NCBI RefSeq assembly: GCF_046119375.1
Contig: NW_027362767.1
Coordinates: 260,896,001-260,960,000 of the forward strand
From: Phyllobates terribilis
Taxonomy: Eukaryota
Length of the DNA stretch: 64,000 nt
Direction: 5' to 3'
In this document: piece by piece, positions 23,745 to 35,257 of the stretch
Position numbering within the stretch: the stretch's first letter is position 1
Layout: every line of letters starts with the position of its first letter
Made by a program: the position numbers and the translations under genes
Notes under the pieces: model-generated
What the model was told of the DNA's origin: nothing
The model's database searches: none
The model's input: only the letters and a program-made list of their open reading frames with translations

Positions 23745-26700
23745 TTAAGGAACATCATAACTCGGTGTTTGCAGGACATCCAGGTGGTAAGGCAACTGCG
23801 CACCTCCTTTCTCGTCATTTTTGGTGGCCGGGGTTGCATAAGGATGTGGTTCAACATGTGTCTGCTTGTAGTATTTACACATGTTCTAAAGTATCGCATA
23901 CCCGTCCTTCTGGTCCTCTTCTTCTGCTGCATATTCCTAGCAGGCCATGGATACACTTGACCATGGATTTTATTACTGACCTACCGGTAGCTGCAGGCAA
24001 GACTGTGGTTTTAGTGGTTGTAGATAGGTTCAGTAAAATGGTTCACTTCATCACATTACCGGCACTTCCGAATACCAAGACTCTTTCTCAGGTGTTTATA
24101 AATAAGATGGTGAAGCTTCACAGGGTTCCCTCCAATGTGGTGTCAGATCGGGGAGCCTAGTTTGTTTCTAAGTTCTGGAAAGCTTTCTGTACTCGACTGG
24201 GGGTGCAGGTGTCTTTTTCCTCTGCCTTCCATCCTCAGTTAAATGGACAGACCGAGCGCATTAATCAGAATTTGGACACTTACCTCAGGTGTTTTGTCTC
24301 CAAGAACCAGGAGGATTGGACATCTTACTTACCATTGGCCGAGTTTGCTATTAATAATCATCACCAAGAATCTACTGGCAGGTCACCTTTCCTTGGTGCA
24401 TACGGTTTCCATCCACAGTTTGGTACTTTAGTGGGGGAGGGGCTTCGAGAGTTCCCGAGGAGGAAAGTTTTGCTTCATCTCTCTCTTCTGTGTGGCGGGG
24501 GGTTCAAAGTAATTTGAAGATCATGGAAGACAGGTGCAAACGTATGGCTGACAGGAAATGCTCGCCAGGTCCGGACATAAGTGTGAATGACTTTCTGTGG
24601 TTGTCTACCAGGAATATCAAGTTGAAGGTTCCTTCTTGGAAGCTGGGACCTAGATTTATTGGTCCCTATAAAATAACCACCGTCATTAACCCAGCAGTGT
24701 TTCGTCTTGAGTTATCTCAGACCCTTAAGATCCACAATGTGTTTCGGCTCACGAAATATGTAGAACCTCTCTAGTCCTCTCCCCTACCGCCGTCCCCAAT
24801 CATGATTGATTGTGATTTGAAGTTCCAAAAATTTTGAGGATTGTGGATTCTTGTCTCCAGTGTTGTTCCCTACAGTACTTGGTGCACTGGAGGGGTTATG
24901 GTCCAGAGGAAAGGATGTGGGTTTCAGCATTGGAGGTGACTGCCCCTAAGATGGTTCATTTGTTCCATGCCTCTCATCCAGAGAAACGTGGTCCTGAGTG
25001 TCTGGAGGCCACTCGTAGAAGGGGGGTACTGTCATGGGTGTATCAAGTGTGACAGACAGTCGTTCTGGATCCGGCTGTAGAAGGTCACTGCACTTGGCTT
25101 TGCAGACGCCTTCTTGATCCTTTTATCTCTGTAGTGTAGTGATATCCTTCTCCCTTTAGGACCTAGCAGTGACCTCCACCCTCTGCTGCTAATTGACACA
25201 CCCTTGCTTGTGTCTCCAGAGAGTCGCTGGTGATACTTCTATTTTCCTTTGTCCAGGCCTGGAGTACTTGCAGTCGGCTTGTTTCTTTTTGGAGTTCCTT
25301 GGAGGATAGTTGTCGTGATCTCTCTGGTGTCTTCTCAAGCTAAGTGTATCCCCTTTGTCTGTTTACCTTGTTGTCTTTAGATGCAGTTGGGGCTGACTAG
25401 TGCTCACCCCTTCCCCTCCCTACCTAGGGCCTAGCTCTAAGGACATTCAGGGATTAGGTTTCCTGCTCGGCAATAGGTGCGGCACCTATTTAGGGACGAT
25501 AGGGCAGTCAGGGTGATATTAGATATGCCTAGGGGTCTCCACTCTCCCTTTCTCTAGTTGTTGGGCTCCCTTCCCCCTCTTCCCATCATTGTACACTCGC
25601 TCCTTCCCTCACCCAGCGTGACACTGATTTGACTTACAAACAAAGAATGGCGCTTAAACAATTAAGGGAGAACACAAATATCACAATAAGAGCAGCTGAC
25701 AAAGGAGGATCAATTGTCATTATGGACAACATGCTGTATCATACATCTGTTATGGATCTTATTTCAGATTCATCTACTTATCAGGAACTCTCCTATTATC
25801 CTACTGACCGTATATCTGCAAAGATGTTTAAATTGTTGGAAGAAGGAGTTACTTTGAGATTTATTTCCGAAAAGGAACAGGAATTTATTATGAATGAAAT
25901 ACCCACATGCCCTATTTTTCATGCTCCTCCAAAACAGCATAAAGAGTGTTTTCCTCCTCCTCTCTGACCCATTGTGGCTGGCATAAATTCACTTACGGAG
26001 AACTTATCATCATGGCTTGACAGCACTCTACAGCCCTTTGTGACACAAACAAGCAGCCATATAAAGGACACCAAACATCTATTACAAATCATGGACAGAA
26101 TCACATGGCATGAACATGATAACTGGGTCACATGTGATATCATTATACTCGTGTATTCCACATGATGCAGCACTCACTGCACTGTCATATCACCTGTCAT
26201 ACCACCTGCAGAAGTATAGCTCCTTTTCAGATGATCTAATCATGTGTTTTCTGTCTGTAACCTCATCTCTATTAGCTAATAATTATTTTTCTTTTGATAA
26301 TAGGTATTATTTACAGGTTCTGGGCTGTCCAATGGGGGCAAAATTTTCCCCCTCCTTGCGAATGAATCTCTACATGGTGTGGTGGGAAGAGACAATATTA
26401 TATTCATCGTCCAATCCCCTGCACAATAATATTACATACTATGCAAGATATACTGATGATCTGATTTTCATTTGTTATTATTATCCTTCTTATGATGTTT
26501 CTTCATTTTCCAAATATTTGAATGAGAACAACATAAATCTGAAATTTGCAGTAAACTGCCACACCAATATGACACCTTTTTTGGATGTAACACTGACAGG
26601 TAATATATATACTGGCAGAATTGATACAAAACTTTACAGAAAACCAGTGAGTGGTAATTCCATCCAGAACGCAACTAGTTGCCATCCCCCGAATCTAGTA

Positions 26701-26800
26701 AAGAACTTACCAGTTGGAGAATTTATAATAGCGCGGAGGCGTGCGTGCTCTGAGGAAACTAGTTTTATAAGAGAATGTGCAGTGCTGGGTTTATGGTATA

Positions 26801-28421
26801 CAGTACAGACAAAAAGTTTGGACACACCTTCTCATTTAAAGATTTTTCTGTATTTTCATGACTTTGAAAATTGTACATTCACACTGAAGGCATCAAAACT
26901 ATGAATTAACACATGTGGAATTATATAGTTAACAAAAAAGTGTGAAACAACTGAAAATATGTCTTATATTCTAGGTTTTTCAAAGTAGCCACCTTTTGCT
27001 TTGATGACTGCTTTGCACACTCTTGGCATTCTCTTGATGAGCTTCAAGAGGTAGTCACCGGAAATGGTCTTCACTTCACAGGTGTGCCCTGTCAGGTTTA
27101 ATAAGTGGGATTTCTTTCCTTATAAATGGGGTTGGGACCATTATTTGTGTTGTGCAGAAGTCAGGTGGATACACAGCTGATAGTCCTACTGAATAGACTG
27201 TTAGAATTTGTATTATGGCAAGAAAAAAGCAGCTAAGTAAAGAAAAACGAGTGGCCATCAATACTTTAAGAAATGAAGGTCAGTCAGTCCGAAAAATTGG
27301 GAAAACTTTGAATGTGTCCCCAAGTGCAGTTGCAAAAACCATCAAGCGCTACAAAGAAACTGGCTCACATGAGGACCGCCCCAGGAAAGGAAGACCAAGA
27401 GTCACCTCTGCTTCTGAGGATAAGTTTATCCGAGTCACCAGCCTCAGAAATCGCAGGTTAACAGCAGCTCAGATTAGAGACCAGGTCAATGCCACACAAA
27501 GTTCTAGCAGCAGACACATCTCTACAACAACTGTTAAGAGGAGACTTTGTGCAGCAGGCCTTCATGGTAAAATAGCTGCTAGGAAACCACTGCTAAGGAC
27601 AGGCAACAAGCAGAAGAGACTTGTTTGGGCTAAAGAACACAAGGAATGGACATTAGACTGGTGGAAATCTGTGCTTTGGTCTGATTTTGAGATCTTTGGT
27701 TCCAACCACCGTGTCTTTGTGCGACGCAGAAAAGGTGAACGGATGGACTCTACATGCCTGGTTCCCACCGTGAAGCATGGAGGAGGAGGTGTGATGGTGT
27801 GGGGGTGCTTTGCTGGTGACACTGTTGGGGATTTATTCAATATTGAAGGCATACTGAAGCAGCATGGCTACCACAGCATCTTGCAGCGGCATGCTATTCC
27901 ATCCGGTTTGCGTTTAGTTGGACCATCATTTATTTTTCAACAGGACAATGACCCCAAACACACCTCCAGGCTGTGCAAGGGCTATTTGACCAGGAAGGAG
28001 AGTGATGGGGTGCTACGCCAGATGACCTGGCCTCCACAGTCACCAGACTTGAACCCAATCGAGATGGTTTGGGGTGAGCTGGACCGCAGAGTGAAGGCAA
28101 AAGGGCCAACAAGTGCTAAGCATCTCTGGGAACTCCTTCAAGATTGTTGGAAGACCATTTCCGGTGACTACCTCTTGAAGCTCATCAAGAGAATGCTAAG
28201 AGTGTGCAAAGCAGTCATCAAAGCAAAAGGTGGCTACTTTGAAGAACCTAGAATATAAGACATATTTTCAGTTGTTTCACACTTTTTTGTTAAGTATATA
28301 ATTCCACGTGTGTTAATTCATAGTTTTGATGCCTTCAGTGTGAATGTACAATTTTCATAGTCATGAAAATACAGAAAAATCTTTAAATGAGAAGGTGTGT
28401 CCAAACTTTTGGTCTGCACTG
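26801..28421 (+). mobile_element. Tc1-like DD38E (Intruder-type) transposon with TIRs of about 270 bp
   Basis: TA TSDs. TIR begins CAGTACAGAC(A/C)AAAAGTTTGGACACAC and extends to GGAAATGGTCTT (about 27071, mirrored from about 28151). Confidence 0.95.
27215..28258 (+). CDS. Tc1-family transposase, open 347-aa ORF, DD38E, with an in-frame 3-residue deletion (ESK) after the first catalytic D
   Basis: Paired-like HTH and GRPR motifs. VLWSD-FEIFG versus DESKFEIFG in the second copy. There are 38 residues between the D of QDND and the E of NPIE. Confidence 0.85.
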   Translation: MARKKQLSKEKRVAINTLRNEGQSVRKIGKTLNVSPSAVAKTIKRYKETGSHEDRPRKGRPRVTSASEDKFIRVTSLRNRRLTAAQIRDQVNATQSSSSRHISTTTVKRRLCAAGLHGKIAARKPLLRTGNKQKRLVWAKEHKEWTLDWWKSVLWSDFEIFGSNHRVFVRRRKGERMDSTCLVPTVKHGGGGVMVWGCFAGDTVGDLFNIEGILKQHGYHSILQRHAIPSGLRLVGPSFIFQQDNDPKHTSRLCKGYLTRKESDGVLRQMTWPPQSPDLNPIEMVWGELDRRVKAKGPTSAKHLWELLQDCWKTISGDYLLKLIKRMLRVCKAVIKAKGGYFEEPRI

Positions 28422-30196
28422 TATGTAATAACTGAATGTGATCATTACTTGTGGTAACATAAGGTTTACCTAAATGACACGTGACCTAGTTAATCTATTT
28501 TCTACATTGGTTTAGTTTCTCTAGCGCTTGCTATGCCGTGCATGTAGACCAGATAGATAGCCTTTATCTTTTTCTGTGCTATACAAACGATTTTGACAGA
28601 TAGGGTGTTTCCATGGCTATAATTATAATAGTCTTGGTATGACTTATGGGGGATACAGATGTAGGGATCTTTTGGATACATTGGACCTGTACCCATTTAC
28701 CCTTTCCTCCTTTTTTTGCATGAGACTCCATAATCTATGTATGGTTGGGTAGTTATTCATACAAGAGGAATTTGACATACCACATAGGTGTGAGTGTGTC
28801 CTACCCATTTATACTTATTCTAGAGGCATATTAACCTAGTAGAGTAATTCTGTTGTTAAATGACATATACTCTCATATGTAGTACACTAACCTATGGTAT
28901 GTGTCATAGATATTAAGAAGATATTAAGAATCCTCTCTCCCAGACCCCTCTTCATGCCCCCTCCCTTATCCACCATTTGTCAAAGGACCAAGAGCTGACA
29001 GTCCACCATCTGTCTGTATGCAAATTAACACACACATGAGAAGTGCCTTGTAAGCAAATGCTAACACCAAGGGTGCTGCCAACCCAATTAAAATGCGAGT
29101 GTGTTTTCCTCTGGCACAGGCTTGCGACAAATTTACACGTAGATGAGGAAGGTTGAGTCAGGAACTTCAAAGGGACTCTGTCACCCTACTCACAATTCCC
29201 AGCCACAAACTCCAGGACGTCCGGCACCGATACGAAATATGGAATATCTGAAGTTCTATACTTCTGATACTAATGGGACCCATATTTTTAGTGACAGGGT
29301 CAGCTAAGGAACAATATCCTTATTTTCCCGTAGCTGTGAGCCCCTCTGGGGAGCTGTGGTGCAAAAGTAACAAATTAGCAGACCGCAGCTATGTCATGTG
29401 TGGTCTCTACAGGAAGGTAAATTCAACACGGAAAAAATGGTATCACTTTCGGGCCTCTACGATCAACCACTGATAAGTTACCACAAAAAACAGATATCTT
29501 AATAAAAATGTGAAGGCTGGAGCCCAGCCCATGTGATTTTAGCACAGGAGGTGTGTGGGCAAGTCTATCCTTAGGCATAAAAGAATCCACGGAGGATGAA
29601 TCAGTATTCATTGCCGGGAGTATATATTTATTATAAGTAATGGATCACTTTCAGTAATGGTCAAATCTGGAGTGCCTCCCCTCCATCTATATTGAATCGT
29701 CTCTGCGATCTTATAGTAAGTTTCTTCTTTAATCCTGTTTATTTTGTGTAACTGCATATGTATTGTATTGTCCCCTGTTGTAAAACCCTTTGTATATTTT
29801 TCCTAAACACTGCCTCCCTTTTGGATTAAATATAAAATTTAATAGTCCTGTTTCTTTTGCTCTGCAATCGTTCCCTCCCCCGAAGCCATATATGCTACTA
29901 GAAAGCAGGAATCCGACCAGGCCTGTATTATATTTCAAATCTGGCCGGTGGTGGCAGCGAATAATAATAATTGGGCTATCGTGAAGTTGGCAGTGACCGT
30001 ACGGGGGCCTATACACATATTCCATGCATTGGAATCTGGAGATGTGACGCCATGCGCTTTCCGCTCGCTTGCCAATACCTACGTAGTGAGTAGTCGGGAT
30101 CGTGTGCTCGCGAATCCCTGACGAAATCCAGACAGAGTGAGGCACGGTGAGATATTGTGCGATCTCCCCGGTGTTGTCGCTGACGGTCCTGACAAA

Positions 30197-30216
30197 TGGG
30201 GGGCAAGCGGTGGGAT
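30197..30216 (+). promoter_or_regulatory. Primer-binding site, probably tRNA-Leu
   Basis: TGGGGGGCAAGCGGTGGGAT resembles TGGTGGCAGCGGTGGGAT, the complement of a tRNA-Leu 3' end as recalled. Confidence 0.6.
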
Positions 30217-30412
30217 ATAACACAACATCAGTGACTGGATTAAGCAATCATTCCTGTCACTGAAAACTTGCACGGTTCTTGCAAGAATTCTGTGCAGAGT
30301 TTTAAGAAATCAGACTCAGTGTTTTAATATTTTTTATCTGGGACATTACTGTAAGTGCAGCAGTTGCATCCCCCCCCTTCTCTTGTTATTCTGTCCTATC
30401 TTTTATTTGGCA

Positions 30413-32060
30413 ATGATGGCTACATGTCAAGAGCCCTGGTATCACCAGCAGTCAAAGGCCACTCTCACTGCCCTCTGTGAGCTGAGACAGATTGACCCCA
30501 TGGGCAAAAACAAGGCCCAAATGACTGCTGAATTGTTGCAAGGTGCTGCAGAGCCCGTCCGAAAGCAGAGCCCTGATGATGGGGTAGCCAGCCAACATCC
30601 AGATGGCGCTGCTGCAGGGGTTCCACCTGTGATTGCCAGCCATACCCGCAGCCAGGGTAGTGCGGACCCCCACCTGCAGATGGCCTTGGAGCAGCTCGCC
30701 GCAGACAATCGTTACGGACGACTGCAGCTGATCCTGAAATTCCAAGAGCGAGAGGCTGAGAGAGCCGAGCATCTGGCCCAAGCTGACCGAGAAACTGCTG
30801 AGCGCCGGGCCCAAACTGCCCAAGAGACTGCTGAGCGTCAGCCAGGCCCAAGCTGACCAAGAGGAGCGTAAGGCCCAAGCTGACCGGGAAGCAGCTGAGC
30901 AAAAGTGGCAAGATGAGAAGCGGTACCAGCTGGAGTTAGCCAGAATCCAGCTGCCGAGATCCACCCCATCAATCAGTGAGTCCAGCAGCACCAACGGCTT
31001 TAAACTCCTTCCTGAGCATTTCCAGTAATGGAAAAGGACGGAGACTTGGACATATTTCTGTGAGGGTTTGAAAAAGCCCGAAGGCAGTATCAGTAGCCTG
31101 AAGCCCAGTGGGCCAGATATTTAACTCCAGGGCTCAGAGGAAAGGCTCTGGAAGTGTTTGCTTCTCTCCCTCGAGACCAAGATGGAGACTATGAGGCTGT
31201 CAAGCAGGCCCTGATAAAAAAGTACCAGCTGACTCCGGAGGTTTACCGGAAAAAGTTCAGAGCCCTCCAGAGTGGACCACATAGCAGCTATGGCGATGTG
31301 GTGGATGGGCTCAGAACCAACTTTGAGCAGTGGGTCCAAGTACTGTAAGTCACCACCTTTGAGGACCTGAAGGATCTGATGGTGAAGGACCAGTTTCTTC
31401 GTCTTTGCCCAGTGAAAGTGCGACAGTTTGTGCTTGACACGGAGCCAAAGGAGGCCGCCAAAGCAGCCCATATCGCAGATGCCTATGAGGCCAACTGCAT
31501 ACCAGAGGTGCAGAAGTCGGCCACCGCCAGCTGGAAGGGGAGTAAGCCTACAACAGCCCCCAGTGTTCCAGCCAGCCGGCCCTTTGTGGGTTCTGTCCCA
31601 TCTTCCAGCACCTGGACTGCATTTGACTCCCGTAAGAGTTATACTTGTGACCAAACTGGTCACATCAGCCTTGTCTGCCCGGAGAGGCAGAATATGAACA
31701 CCACACCTGAGGCCCCAGGGCCTACTGCAGCCATTCTTTTTGTGGGTGGGGCGGTTAGCCGGGCCCATGAGAACTTAAAACCGGTTACTGTGGGCAACAC
31801 CGTTACTGTTGGCCTTAAGGACACTGGCACAGAACACACCCATATCTACCCTGAGTTCGTGTTACCTGAAGAACTCATTCCTGGGAAGACCCTGACTGTC
31901 ACCGGGTTTGGGGGTGTTCGGCATCCCATACCGACGGCCCTAGTTTTCCTGGATTAGGGTGCGGGTAGGGGGTTAAGGGAAGTGGGGGTGTCGGAGAATC
32001 TCCCCACTAATGTGCTATTGGGAACTGATCTGGGACGGTTGGTTGCCCGATACATTCCTG
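30413..32060 (+). pseudogene. Gmr1-like gag-protease (SCAN-like capsid region, CCHC-like knuckle, aspartic protease), frameshifted
   Basis: LRGKALEVFASL..DYEAVKQALIKKYQLTPEVYRKKFR, EQWV, KDQFLRLCP, TCDQTGHISLVCP, GLKDTGT, NVLLGTDLG. Confidence 0.85.
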
Positions 32061-34454
32061 ACAACCCTCCCAGATCTGATATGTCATGCAATGCCACTGT
32101 CAATACTGTCAATGTCATGTACAATAAAAATGTGTGTTGTGGTAAAGGGGAACTCAGCCACCTCACCCCGCTGGGTGATGCTGCTGAGGATCCGCTAAAA
32201 CGAGCCAGCATAAGTTCTCTGGGCAAGGGGAGCAGGTACGGACAACAGGAAGCAGGTTGTCCCGTGCAGGTGACCAGTGTCACGTCAGATAGTGACATGG
32301 TCAGGGGTAGCTGCCCCATGACTAGCACGGCTCCAGAGGTGATGAGAAAAGATGGGGAGAAACACGGGGATCACAAGGAAAGTGGTCCCGTGCTGCCGAC
32401 CGGTGTCACAACGGACTGTGACATGGCCGGTCGTAGCTGGCTCTTAACTAGCATGGCCCCCCAGGTAGCCATGAAGGATGGAAGGGTGAGCCCCACAACC
32501 AGGCAAGGTAAAAGAAAAGTGTGTCCCCCTGTCTGTCAGGATTATGGGAGGAAGGCACCCATAGCCTGTCAGAGGTATGGGAAAAATGTATTCCAAACTG
32601 GTCAGGGTGATCGGAAAGCTGGATCCCCAGTCGGTCAGGGTGGTGGGGAAGCTGGGTCCCCCGGCTTGTCTGATCAGCTGGAAGGGTGAGCCGCGAGGTA
32701 GGCTCAAGTGGCGATCTGTAAATTGGCCCCTATGCCACTTCCAAGAGGGGAAGATGTCATAGATATTTAGAATCCTCTCTCCCAGACCCCTCTTCATCCC
32801 CCCTCCCTTATCCACCATCAAAGGACCAAGAGCTGACAGTCCACCATCTGTCTGTATGCAAATTAACACACACATGAGAAGTGCCTTGTAGGCAAATGCT
32901 AACACCAAGGGTGCTGCCAACCCAATTAAAATGCGAGTGTGCTTTCCTCTGGCACAGGCTTGCGACAAATTTACACGTAGATGAGGAAGCTTGAGTCAGG
33001 AAGTCCGGCATCGATACGAAATATGGAATATTTGAAGTTCTATACTTCTGATACTAATGGGACCCATATTTTTAGTGACAGGGTCAGCTAAGGAACAATA
33101 TGCTTATTTTCCCGCAGCTGTGAGCCCCTTCGGGGGCTGTGGCACAAAAGTAACAAAGTAGCAAACTGCAACTATGTCATGTGTGGTCTCTACAGGAAGG
33201 TAAATTCATGACGGAAAAAATTGTATCACTTTCGGGCCTCTACGATCAACCACCAATAAGTTATCACAAAAACCAGATATCTTAATAAAAATGTGAAGGC
33301 TGGAGCCAAGCCCATGTGATGTCAGCACAGGGGGTGTGTGGGCAGGTCTCCCCTTAGGCATAAAAGAATCCACAGAGGATGGATCAGTATTCATTGCCGG
33401 AAGTATACATTTATTATAAGTAACGGATCCCGTTCGGTAATGGTCAAATCTGGAGTGCCTCCCCTCCATCTATATTGAATCGTCTCTGCGATCTTATAGT
33501 AAGTTTCTTCTTTAATCCGGTTTATTTTGTGTAACTGCATATGTATTGTATTGTCCCCTGTTGTAAAACCCTTTGTATATTTTTCCTAAACACTGCATCT
33601 CTTTTGGAGTAATATAAAATTTAATAGTCCTGTTTCTTTTGCTTTGTAATCGTTCCCTCCCCTGGAGCCATATATGCCACCAGAACGCAGGCGTCTGACC
33701 AGGCCTGTATTATATTTCAAATCTGGCTGGCGGCAGCGAATAATAATAATTGGGCTATCGTGAAGCTGGCAGTAACCATACGGGGGCATATACACATATT
33801 CCATGCGTTGGAATCTGGAGGTGTGACGCCATAAGCTTTCTGCTCGCTTGCCGATAACTAGGTAGTGAGTAGTCGGGATCGTGTACTCGCGAATCCTTGA
33901 TAAAATCCGGACAGAATGACGGCACGATGAGTTAATTGTGTGATCTCCCCGATGTCGTCGCTGACGGTCCTGACACTATGTACTTTTTATTCATGGTATG
34001 CGGTTAAGCACATTGCACTTTGGTTTTTGTCTATATTTTTCATTTTAATATTTATAATAAAGTTCATTTTAACCCCTCCGCTATATCTATAGGATTTCAT
34101 TTATCTTTGTGAAATATACGTTTTTTTGAGTCATTAATTCATCTTTCAATTTGTGTATCATTTTTTTTCTTCCTCCCTCCCCACATTTTCTCCCCTCCCC
34201 TCCTTCTTTTCTCTTCTCCTGTGTATAGATAGGGTTAATAATTAAGCACATATGTGATTTGTCTATTCCACATCTATTTTCTATGCTATATATTTCCACA
34301 GCTCCTGTATATTAGTTGTTATGATTAAAAGCTAGTGTAGCTCGAAAAGAGTCGACTGTTGTGCTATCATGTTTTTTAAATTTTACTTTTTCATGTTTTA
34401 ATCTACAAATAAATGTGAGGTTTTAATGAAAAGTTTGATACATTCTGCAAAAAA

Positions 34455-35257
34455 AAAAAAAGAGCGCACTGTTGAGGTTGTGAACTCAAGAAGGCCTGGA
34501 AATCCACGGAAGACAACACTGGTGGATGATCGCAGAATCTATTCCATGGTGAAGAAAAACCTCTTCACAACATCCACCCAAGAGAAGAACACTGTCCAGG
34601 AAGTAGGTGCTTCAGTATCTAAGTCTACCATAAGGAGAAGACTTCATGAGAGCAAATACAGAGGGTTCACATCAAGGTACAAACCATTAATTAGCCTGAA
34701 AGGCCACGGCTCCACTATCAATATTTAGTCAGTATTCGGCCAGTATTTTTTCTCAGGAGTGGGAGCCAAAACCAGGAGTGGGTGATAAATGCAGAATTGG
34801 TGACTTGTTTCTATTATACCTTTTCTCTGATTGTTCCTTACCTGGTTTTGGCTCCTACTCCTGAGAAAAAATACTGACCGAATACTGACAAAATACTGAT
34901 AGTCTGGCAGTGACCTTCCAAATAGAAAGGCCAGATTAGACTTTGCCAAAAAGCATCTAAAAAGCCGCCTAGTTCTGGAAAAGCATTTGGACAGATGAAA
35001 TTAAGATTAACCTGCATCAGACTGATGGGAAGAAGAAAGTATGGAGAAGGCTTGGAGTAGCTCATGATCCAAAGCACAGCACATCGTCTGTAACACATGG
35101 TGGAGGCAATATGATGACGCGGGCATGCATGGCTTCCAATGGCACTAGGTCACTAGTCTTTATTGATGATGTGACTGAAGACAGAAGCAGCCAGATCCTG
35201 TGTGTACAGGGCGATACTCTGCACAGATTCAACCAAATACAGCAAGGTTGATTGGAC
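34455..35257 (+). mobile_element. Internal fragment of another Tc1-like transposase, split by a MITE
   Basis: RKTTLVDDRRIYSMVKKN...SVSKSTIRRRLHE...KPLISLK|NRKARLDFAKKHL...TDEIKINL...HGGG. Confidence 0.8.
34702..34915. mobile_element. Palindromic MITE (GGCCACGG... family)
   Basis: Long inverted arms. A second copy lies at 39654-40779. Confidence 0.7.

Larger units (their letters stand above)
17170..25000 (+). pseudogene. Gypsy pol remnants (PR-RT-RH-IN-chromodomain) broken by stops, frameshifts and three insertions
   Basis: ORF pieces 17201, 17681, 20050, 20394, 20549, 23765, 24203, 24490 and 24834 are collinear with Gypsy pol. Confidence 0.9.
16211..25623 (+). mobile_element. Ty3/Gypsy chromovirus (sushi-like) LTR retrotransposon, decayed; gag largely deleted
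   Basis: Direct LTRs 16211-16788 and 25030-25623 (TGTCA...TGACA), polypurine tract AGAAGGGGGG before the 3' LTR, and 5-bp flanks CTAAC/CTGAT. PR (FVDSGAG), RT, RNase H, integrase (GHPG) and chromodomain (LQYLVHWRGYGPEE) occur in order. Confidence 0.95.
15455..26798 (+). mobile_element. Penelope-like element, direct copy (pieces 15455-16210 and 25624-26798), split by the Gypsy insertion
   Basis: After removing the Gypsy it reads through ...SNLTYKQRMALKQLRENTNITIRAADKGG..., CPMGAKFSP, YARYTDDLIF, LYRKPVSGNS, ARRRACSEETSF. Confidence 0.9.
28902..33975 (+). mobile_element. Non-autonomous Gmr1-like Gypsy LTR element (gag with SCAN-like region plus protease only)
   Basis: Direct LTRs 28902-30194 and 32755-33975 (TGTCAT...CTGACA), 5-bp flanks GTATG/CTATG, a PBS after the 5' LTR, and polypurine tract AAGAGGGGAAGA. 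No integrase or RT motifs in the 2.56-kb interior. Confidence 0.9.

Noticed and set aside
28424-28901. Possible Penelope endonuclease remnant on the minus strand (ORF 28502-28696)
   Set aside because: No convincing GIY-YIG motifs in any frame, so it is left unclassified.
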